Assembly (NCBI GenBank): GCA_963741955.1
Contig: CAVUKB010000006.1
Coordinates: 448,001-512,000 of the forward strand
DNA length: 64,000 bases
Source: an uncultured Acidobacteriota bacterium
GTDB taxonomy: Bacteria > Acidobacteriota > Thermoanaerobaculia > Gp7-AA8
Reading direction: 5' to 3'
This document shows, piece by piece, positions 28,779-36,278 of this stretch (the stretch's first letter is position 1; each line of letters begins with the position of its first letter). A program made the translations under genes and the position numbers. Under the pieces are notes generated by a model. The model was not told the origin of the DNA. It did no database searches and was given only the letters and a program-made list of their open reading frames with translations.

Positions 28779-31700
28779 TCACGGCGTGACGCAGTAGACG
28801 GAGCCACCTTCGGTCCCCACGTAGATCCAGTTGTTGAGGAAGTCGATGATCGGCGCTCCGACCGAGCCGGCATCGATGGAGCGGACGGTCTGCGACGGAG
28901 AAGCCGTGTTCAGGCCGTTCAGCCTGACCAGTTTTCCGTCTCCGGTGCCGACCCATCCGTCGGTTCCGTTGGTGACGATGTTCGACGGCGAGACGAGAGA
29001 TCCTGCACCGCTGGCCGGAGTTGCCCAGTTCAGTGTCGCGGAGGGGCCGTTGTCGGTCAGACTCCAGACCCGGTTCGTCGTCGTGAAGTAGAGTCGAGTC
29101 GTCGCCCAGTCGGGATAGACGTACGTCTTGATCGGCCCGTCGCCGGTTGGATAGCTCCACAACAGTGTGCCGGTCGCTTCGCTGAGCGCGTAGACGTCGC
29201 CGTTGTTGTTTCCGACGTACAACACGCCGTTCCGGATGGTCGGTGCCGTCTCGGCATCGCCGATCGGAAGAGCCCAGGCCAGCGATGCACCGCCTGCGGT
29301 GTAATTCAGGCACCAGACTGTATTCGAGCTTCCCCCGGATTCCGCGCGACTGGTGAAAAAGAGCCTCTGGGTTGCCGCATCGACGCTCGGGATCGCGGTG
29401 ACTACGCCGATCGCGCTCGCTCCTCCGCCGTTGTCGTAGCTCCAGACGGTCGCTCCCGTTGCGGCGTTGAGCGCGTAGACCACATTCCCCGTGGAGGAGT
29501 TTCTCGTCGCCGCAAACACGAGATCCAAGCCGCCGATCGTGCTCTTGTACTGACGGAATGCGATCGCCACCGGGGCCTGCACCATGTCGCCGAGCTGCGC
29601 GCTCATCCAGAGCCGGACTCCGGTGTCTGCGTCGAAACAGTAGACGTGTCCGTCCTGCGAGGAGACGAACGTGACGCGGGTGCTGCCCGAGATCGGGAAA
29701 AGTGTGGTCGGAACGATGATCGTCCGCCCCTGGGCCGGCGCGTTCATCGCCGGCGGCTTCCACTCCTTCGGTGCGAGCTCGGGCCAGTCACCACCCGGAA
29801 CGCTGACGTTCATCGAGTGGAGGCGGCGATCGTTCGAGACGCTGTAAACCGCGGTGTAGCTCGTCGGCGGAGCGAGCGCAGTCGCGCCGGAGTTGTAGAT
29901 CCAGCGCACGTCCTGGCCCGCCGACGTATCGCGAGGTGATCCGGAAGCGAAAGTTCCGGTCGAGTAAACTCCGGGACCCCCGGTGGCGGTCGCGGTCTGG
30001 CACGAGGAGAGTGATGACTCGCAGCTCCCGGTCGCATCGACGGAGGAGACCTGGTAGGAGTAGGTCGAACCGCCGGTCACGGCAGCGTCATCATAGCTCG
30101 TTGTGGCGACGCCGCTCGTCAGGAGCGTGGCCCCGGTGCACGTCGCGCCGTCGGCGCGGTAGACGTTGTAGGTCGCGCCGGCGGGCGTGCCCGCGGTCCA
30201 CGCGAGGTGGATGGTGTTGCTCGTGGGCGTCGTAAGCGTCAGGCCCGTCGGCGCGCCGGGGGTGGTGCACGAGGTGGTGGTCACCGAGACGCACGAAGAG
30301 GCGACGGACTCGCAGTTGCCGGTGGCGGCATCGACGGCAGTGACGCGGTACCAGTAAGTCGCTCCGGTCGTCGCAGTCGTGTCCGTGTACGACGTTCCGC
30401 TCACGGGTGACGCGTTCAACTTCGTGAAGATACCCGCCGGGCACGTCTCGGTCGAACGGTAGACGTTGTAGGTCACTCCCGCACCGGAGCTGGCCCACGT
30501 CACTGTATTCGAGGTCGAGGAGAGTGGTGATGCGACCACGCTGGCGGGAATCGCCGGCGCGCTGCACGTCGCACACGTGCTGAATCTGAAGCTGCCGATT
30601 CGCGTGTTCCAGTTGAACGATCCATTCGCAGCCAGGTACTCGGTCGTGAACCAGAAAGTGCATTCGTCGGTGGGATCGACGGTGAGCGACGAATAGTCGC
30701 CCCACCGATGCAGCGTCCCGGTCTGAGAGCCTGATCCAGGAAACATCGTGGCCTCGGTCTGCAGAGTGTTCGCCGGATCCGTGGAGAGCCTCCCGGTGTA
30801 TTCGATCGACGGATTGATCGAGGCGCTCGAGATGCTGTATCCGATTGCGATGTCCCCGAACTTGTCCATCGCGATGCTTCCCATCCATCGATCCTCGGTG
30901 GTGCTCGGGTTGTACGTGCTTTGCTGGTAGAGGCTCGGTGTCCCGTTCGGGTCACGAATCTCGTACCACCGGAGCGCCGACTGCTGCGCGCCGCCACCGT
31001 CGGGATCGACGGAATGTGTCACCACCAGCGATTCATGCGTCCCGAAATTGCGATAGGAGAGATGCCACATCAACCGGTCGGCCAGAGTATCGAGGGTATT
31101 CGACGTGCCCGCCTGGGCGATGCAACTTCCTGCCGCGCCATTACACGCGATTGTGATCGGACTGACTCCTATGATCGTCGGACCGCTGATACTCGAATTT
31201 GCGGGCGTCGCAAAATCCGAATGGAACTTCCAGAGCTGTAGACAGCCGCTCGCGTCGGCCGCGCCGCAGCCCGCCGAGGTATTGTCGAATGAGACGAAAA
31301 AGTTCGGCTCCCCGGGCGGAGGTGGGGTCGTTCCGTCCCAGTCTGCAGGGAGAAGACCACCATAGGTGGTTCCGAGATTGAAGTAGATCGCCGATGCGGA
31401 AGGGTTCCCGGCGAGCATTGCGGCACGATCGTAAGCGTAGACGCCGGCGCCTTCCCAGTTCTGGAGCCTCCTGCCGGAGAATTGGTTCACCGACATGTAG
31501 TACGCGTCCCTCCAGACCCCGGACTTGCCGTAGTCGTTGAAGACATCAGTGGTCCCGGCGACGCTCGGGAACGCGTAGCGATACCAGGTTCCGGTCGGAT
31601 CCGGCGATGTGGAGACCGCGACGCACTGATAGAACGGAGCGGCCGGATACCCGCTTCCACCGACCGTGAACGCGAATTGACTCATGAACCAGCGGTCGGC

Positions 31701-32291
31701 CGACGCATCGTACATGACCAGCGGGTCACCCTGGTTCGTGCTGGCACAAAGCCCGCCACCGCCCGAGAAACCGCTCCAGATCGTGTTGCCGGGTGCAGGA
31801 TTGCCGGACGTCGGATAGACGATGCCCCCGTTCTTGTCGAAGATCAGGAAGTCGGTGTTGACCCACTGGATGTAGTGATTGGGGCCGACCTCGCCCTCGG
31901 TATCGGGTGGAGCGACGGATGGCGAGTAGCCTACGATGCCCGTGCCCACGCCTTCGAAGGTCCCGTTCAAAACCGGGGCGAACGTCGCTCCGCCGGCCGT
32001 CTGACGGACCTGGTCCGGTCCGTTGGAAATCCCGTAGGTCCGGTATGGAAGATGTTCGTTCTCCCTCTCCTGCGGAGCTTTTCTCGGTTCCGGATGCGGG
32101 ACGATGCTACGCAGCGGAGGAGAGATGTCAAACGATTCCGGCAGAACCCGGCGCGGAGTCTTGGGCGGCTGCGCTGCCAACAGAGGAAGAGCCGAGAAAG
32201 CGAAAAGGAGTACCGCTCCGTTCGTCAGCAGCGTGCGGATCGCCGTTCCGTTGGTCACGAGGGCGAAGAGTCTTTTCGTGGTGCTCATCAT
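28779..32291 (-). CDS. Large secreted protein: N-terminal propeller-like domain, Cys-containing Fn3 repeats, C-terminal PQQ-like beta-propeller
   Basis: Signal peptide; PPDTEGEVGPNHYIQWVN, DP.VMYD, RWGDYSS; YNVYRS/TYWYRV Fn3; VYCFDADTG..LW and VYALNAATG..VW repeats. Confidence 0.85.
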   Translation of the reverse strand: MMSTTKRLFALVTNGTAIRTLLTNGAVLLFAFSALPLLAAQPPKTPRRVLPESFDISPPLRSIVPHPEPRKAPQERENEHLPYRTYGISNGPDQVRQTAGGATFAPVLNGTFEGVGTGIVGYSPSVAPPDTEGEVGPNHYIQWVNTDFLIFDKNGGIVYPTSGNPAPGNTIWSGFSGGGGLCASTNQGDPLVMYDASADRWFMSQFAFTVGGSGYPAAPFYQCVAVSTSPDPTGTWYRYAFPSVAGTTDVFNDYGKSGVWRDAYYMSVNQFSGRRLQNWEGAGVYAYDRAAMLAGNPSASAIYFNLGTTYGGLLPADWDGTTPPPPGEPNFFVSFDNTSAGCGAADASGCLQLWKFHSDFATPANSSISGPTIIGVSPITIACNGAAGSCIAQAGTSNTLDTLADRLMWHLSYRNFGTHESLVVTHSVDPDGGGAQQSALRWYEIRDPNGTPSLYQQSTYNPSTTEDRWMGSIAMDKFGDIAIGYSISSASINPSIEYTGRLSTDPANTLQTEATMFPGSGSQTGTLHRWGDYSSLTVDPTDECTFWFTTEYLAANGSFNWNTRIGSFRFSTCATCSAPAIPASVVASPLSSTSNTVTWASSGAGVTYNVYRSTETCPAGIFTKLNASPVSGTSYTDTTATTGATYWYRVTAVDAATGNCESVASSCVSVTTTSCTTPGAPTGLTLTTPTSNTIHLAWTAGTPAGATYNVYRADGATCTGATLLTSGVATTSYDDAAVTGGSTYSYQVSSVDATGSCESSLSSCQTATATGGPGVYSTGTFASGSPRDTSAGQDVRWIYNSGATALAPPTSYTAVYSVSNDRRLHSMNVSVPGGDWPELAPKEWKPPAMNAPAQGRTIIVPTTLFPISGSTRVTFVSSQDGHVYCFDADTGVRLWMSAQLGDMVQAPVAIAFRQYKSTIGGLDLVFAATRNSSTGNVVYALNAATGATVWSYDNGGGASAIGVVTAIPSVDAATQRLFFTSRAESGGSSNTVWCLNYTAGGASLAWALPIGDAETAPTIRNGVLYVGNNNGDVYALSEATGTLLWSYPTGDGPIKTYVYPDWATTRLYFTTTNRVWSLTDNGPSATLNWATPASGAGSLVSPSNIVTNGTDGWVGTGDGKLVRLNGLNTASPSQTVRSIDAGSVGAPIIDFLNNWIYVGTEGGSVYCVTP

Positions 32292-32307
32292 GATCTCCTC
32301 CTCGCTC

Positions 32308-35300
32308 TCAGTACCGGACCCAGATGGCGTAGTAGTAGGTCACACCGTTGGTGAGCCCGGTGTGGGTGTATGTGTCGACGGCGCCGAACACGACAGGACG
32401 GTTCGTCACCAGCGTCGTCGCCGAAGGATCGGCCGGCGAGCTCGGATACTGGTCGGTGCGGTAGTTGATGGTCACGGTCGTTCCACTCGATCCGGCTGGC
32501 GGGTCCCACCATTCGAGCAGGTTCTCCCCGCCGCTCGCCGTTCCGGTCGTCGTGACGGTGAATGCCTGGACGGCGAAGGGTGCCGACGTGCACCCCGCCC
32601 CGGTCGTCGCGCTCTTCTGCACCGTATTCGTCTCTTCGACGTTGTTCGATTCGTCCATCGCGCGGACGATGTAGTAATACGTGGTGTTCGCGGCGAGTGC
32701 CGAGGTATCGGAGTAGCTCGTCCCGCTCAGTCGGGTCGCGATCCGGTTCGTCGATGACGGAGTGAACCCACTCGTCGCCGAGCGGTAAACGCTGTAGCTC
32801 AACGGACCCGAACAGTTCGCGGTTCCCGCGCTCCACGAGAGGTCGATCGTGCAGGTCGACGAGACCGAACCCGTGGCGCTCGTGAGCCCCGGGAAAGTCG
32901 GAGCGGTCATGCAGTCGCCGTACGCGATCCCGGACGCGCAGGACGAGAGCGATGACTCACAACTGCCTCCCGCGTCGACTGCCGAAATCTCGTACGAATA
33001 CGTGTTCCCGCCGACGACCGTGTTGTCGGTCCACGACGTCGCGGTAATTCCCGTCGCGACGGCGCTGTAGCTGCTTCCCGGGCACGCGCCATCCGCTCGG
33101 TATACGGTGTACGTCGCCCCGGCCGGAGAGCCGGCGGTCCACGATACGGTCAGCGAGCTCGGAGCATTGGCGACGACCGTACCCACCGTCGGGACGCCCG
33201 GCGGCGTGCAGGCGGCGCACGCCACCGCGCTCGAGCACGCGGACGTCGTCGACATCGGCGTCAGGGCGGTCCCGGGACAATTGTTCTTCGCGATCACGTG
33301 GTAGTAGTAGGTGGTCCCTGCCGCGACGCTCGAATCGGTGTAACCGGTGGCGGTCAGAGCGGTCGCCACGACCACCTTACCCGTCGTGCAGGAGGCATCG
33401 GTGAACCTCTCGATGCTGTAGGTACCGTTGGTTGCGTTGGTTCCCCAGTTCGAAGGAGCGAGCCAGGAGATGTCGATCGAACCGGCGTTGCACGCGAGAA
33501 TCGGTGCGGCGATCGCTGCGGGAGCGGAACAGTTGGTGATGGTCAGTGTCGCCGCATCTTCGACCCGGGTGTCTCCACTGGTGGGGTAATAGTTGCGCGT
33601 ATCGGTCCAGATCGCGTGAGCCTGCCGGTTCGCAGCCGCGATCCCGGTGTAGTCGCCGTATTGATTTCCGTTGTAGTTCGCGTTGGTGCCCGAGTTCTCC
33701 TGCGAATAGCCGACCTTGTTCACGAAGTTCGTGCCGGCATCGACGACATTGATGTTCGGCTCGAAGGAGACGCCGCCGTCGATGGAGCGCGCGTAATACA
33801 TCTGCGAGCGCGTGTTCCCGCCGTCATTCCGCCCGTCGTACCAGCCGACGTTGAGCGTTCCGTCGCTCTGATCGACCTGACCCCACGGAAAGATCTGCGT
33901 GGCCGTACCGGTGTCGTCGTTGACCTTCACCTCGGAAGACCAGGTCGCGCCGCCGTCGGTCGAGTAATTCTCGTAGATGTTGATGTTGGAGCCCGATCCT
34001 GTTGTGGACGGGAAGTCGGGATAGACCACGTAGAGACGGTCGACGAAGATGCTGGAGGGATTGTTGTCGATGCTGATGGAGGCGAACGCGTTCACGCCAC
34101 GCTGATCCTGCATCGGCGGCTTGTTGTTCGTTCCGAAGGACGCGAGATTGTGGTTCCGGCCGACCTGGACCGCGGCGCTCCACGTGGCACCGCCATTGGT
34201 CGACTTCGAAAAGACCGTCCGGTCGCCCGAGCCCACGCCGCCGGTCTGGCTGTACTTGTTCCAGATCGCGTACACGGTTCCATCGCGGCCGATCGTCATC
34301 TGACCGCCGATGTCGCCGCTCCCGGAGAGGACCACCGTGGTCCAGCTGGAGTACGGAGGGTCCGAGTACGCGACCCGTTCGGAGTTGTTTCGATCCCAGA
34401 TAACGAAGATGCGATCGGTGTGCGAGTGCGCCTGGCCCGACGTGGTGTCGATGGCCATCATGTTCTTGTCATCGAACGTCGTGCTGTTGCTCAGCGTGTT
34501 CGCAATGATCGACAGCGCCGACCAGGTCTGGCCGTTGTCCGTCGATCGTGAGACGACCAGCGAGGAGCCCGTCGATCCGAGCGCGGTCTGGTTGATCAGC
34601 ATGTAATTCGCGTACGCGTTTCCCTGACTGTCGAACGCCACGGTCGGATCGCTTCCGAACCAGTACTGCGCGCCACCGAGGCCGCCCGTATCTGCGGCCG
34701 GCCAGGGTGCGCATTGGTAGACCCACGTCGCGCCACCGTCGCTCGAACCGAAGAGAGCCTGTGTCCCGTACGTTTTCGACGCGCCGCCGGTCGGGGACTG
34801 GCACTGCGGAGCCGGATCGCGGTAGAACGAGTTCGATCCCGCGACCATGTGCATCGGATTGTTCGGGTCGACCGCGACCTGCACTTCTCCCTGGTAGGTC
34901 GGGACACCGGTGGGGGCGAGGTCGAGATCTCCTCCGAGAGATGCCGCCTTCAACCCTGTGGCCATCGAGCTCTTCGTCTCGATCTCCCCTTCTTCTTCAC
35001 CCGCGCTCTTCCCGTGCAATTTCGCCCAGGCGATGTGCATGCAACGGACGGGAGGCGGCATCTCCATCTCGATGTGCTTCGCCACCCTCCATGCTTCGAA
35101 TTGCGCCTGAGGATCGACATCCTGGTGCTTGAGCTGATCCACCACCGCGGGCGTCACGATCTGCGCGCAACCATCATCGACGGCTGGAGGCCCCCCTGCA
35201 GCCATCGCCGCGGAGGTGCTCAGCAGGAGGAATGGGAGCGCGAGGAGAGTGCTCGACAGGAGAGAAGCAGCACGACCCGTCGAACGGATGCTCGCGCGGA

Positions 35301-35337
35301 TCCGGAAAAACCGCGAGGAAGGTGCGGTAGACGACAT
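32308..35337 (-). CDS. Large secreted BNR/Asp-box (sialidase-like) protein with Fn3 repeats
   Basis: Signal peptide; Asp-boxes SSDGGATW, STDNGQTW, STNGGATW, STDGGATW, SIDGGVSF; YGDYTGI; several Fn3-like modules. Confidence 0.85.
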   Translation of the reverse strand: MSSTAPSSRFFRIRASIRSTGRAASLLSSTLLALPFLLLSTSAAMAAGGPPAVDDGCAQIVTPAVVDQLKHQDVDPQAQFEAWRVAKHIEMEMPPPVRCMHIAWAKLHGKSAGEEEGEIETKSSMATGLKAASLGGDLDLAPTGVPTYQGEVQVAVDPNNPMHMVAGSNSFYRDPAPQCQSPTGGASKTYGTQALFGSSDGGATWVYQCAPWPAADTGGLGGAQYWFGSDPTVAFDSQGNAYANYMLINQTALGSTGSSLVVSRSTDNGQTWSALSIIANTLSNSTTFDDKNMMAIDTTSGQAHSHTDRIFVIWDRNNSERVAYSDPPYSSWTTVVLSGSGDIGGQMTIGRDGTVYAIWNKYSQTGGVGSGDRTVFSKSTNGGATWSAAVQVGRNHNLASFGTNNKPPMQDQRGVNAFASISIDNNPSSIFVDRLYVVYPDFPSTTGSGSNINIYENYSTDGGATWSSEVKVNDDTGTATQIFPWGQVDQSDGTLNVGWYDGRNDGGNTRSQMYYARSIDGGVSFEPNINVVDAGTNFVNKVGYSQENSGTNANYNGNQYGDYTGIAAANRQAHAIWTDTRNYYPTSGDTRVEDAATLTITNCSAPAAIAAPILACNAGSIDISWLAPSNWGTNATNGTYSIERFTDASCTTGKVVVATALTATGYTDSSVAAGTTYYYHVIAKNNCPGTALTPMSTTSACSSAVACAACTPPGVPTVGTVVANAPSSLTVSWTAGSPAGATYTVYRADGACPGSSYSAVATGITATSWTDNTVVGGNTYSYEISAVDAGGSCESSLSSCASGIAYGDCMTAPTFPGLTSATGSVSSTCTIDLSWSAGTANCSGPLSYSVYRSATSGFTPSSTNRIATRLSGTSYSDTSALAANTTYYYIVRAMDESNNVEETNTVQKSATTGAGCTSAPFAVQAFTVTTTGTASGGENLLEWWDPPAGSSGTTVTINYRTDQYPSSPADPSATTLVTNRPVVFGAVDTYTHTGLTNGVTYYYAIWVRY

Positions 35338-35532
35338 GACATCTCCTTGGGGTCAGAAGACCGGGCGAACCTCAGAGACTCGGGCTGGACTGGCCGCGAT
35401 GGTTGAGACGGAGGCAAATGATGACTGCGATGCTCCAGGATGTATTTTTCCATCGGCTCGCACGACTTCGCGACATGCGCATGTTGGCCTGTCTGACGGC
35501 GTGAACGAAGGTTCCGATGACTTCTCATGACT

Positions 35533-35610
35533 CGTATGGCAGCCGGACTGTCCACGAGGGACTCTCGGCTTTGCGTCCCCGCCTCGCGGCGGGTTTGCTC
35601 TTTTTCTGAG
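35533..35610 (-). ncRNA. GEMM-I (c-di-GMP-I family) riboswitch, A20 variant
   Basis: Reverse complement AAAAAGAGCAAACCCGCCGCGAGGCGGGGACGCAAAGCCGAGAGTCCCTCGTGGACAGTCCGGCTGCCAT matches GCAAACC-GNRA-GGGACGCAAAGCC...GACAG..GGCTGCC consensus. Confidence 0.9.
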
Positions 35611-35629
35611 TCGGATTGACCGCTGGCCG

Positions 35630-35658
35630 ACTTTAAACAGTTGTTACGCGAGTGTCAA
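35630..35658 (-). promoter_or_regulatory. Sigma70 promoter upstream of the riboswitch
   Basis: TTGACA-17nt-TAAAGT on minus strand ~20 nt before the aptamer. Confidence 0.75.
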
Positions 35659-35716
35659 CGAATGGTTACGGAGCCCGGAGACACCTCAGCCGGACTCGTT
35701 GTTGCTCGGATTTCGC

Positions 35717-36256
35717 TCAGGGTCGGATCTCGAAGCTCGCCGGCTCCGCACACTTCAGCGAGTCACCGTCGACGTAGGCCTCCGCGGACCACGTCCCGTA
35801 AAGCGAGTTGCTCATGATCAGCGTCCCCGCGACCGGGAGCCGCACGCTCGTTCCGAGCTCCTTCCCCTTCGCCCAGCTCACCGGCTGGAGCACGCGCACG
35901 TCCAGCGGCAGCGGGTAGCCGTCCAGCTTTCTCTGCGTCCCCTTCCCCTTCGCGTCGTACGTGAAGGGAATCGCGGTGGACTGGTAGAGAAAGCCGTGCG
36001 GAGTGAAGATCTTCAACTCGACCTGGTGATCGCCCGAGAAGCGGTTGGCCGAACCGGGGTTGAAAAGCACCCAGAGGTCGATGTCGAGAATCCGCGTCGC
36101 GGAGAAACTCTCCGCCGGCGCTCCGCCGTTCAACTGCGCCGACGTCGCGATCACCGAGACACATCCGCCGTTGCTCCCCCCGTTCTTCGCGAAGGCCGGA
36201 AGGGCCGCGAAGGCGAGGAGAATCACTGCGGCGAGAATCGTTCGTGTTCTTTTCAT
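35717..36256 (-). CDS. Secreted ~180-aa beta-rich protein (paralog of 28223-28765)
   Basis: AGGAG RBS; MKRTRTILAAVILLAFAALPAFA signal; shared FSATRILDIDLWVLFNPGSANRFSGDHQVE. Confidence 0.85.
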   Translation of the reverse strand: MKRTRTILAAVILLAFAALPAFAKNGGSNGGCVSVIATSAQLNGGAPAESFSATRILDIDLWVLFNPGSANRFSGDHQVELKIFTPHGFLYQSTAIPFTYDAKGKGTQRKLDGYPLPLDVRVLQPVSWAKGKELGTSVRLPVAGTLIMSNSLYGTWSAEAYVDGDSLKCAEPASFEIRP

Positions 36257-36278
36257 GGTCTGCTCCTCTCTCCTTCGG

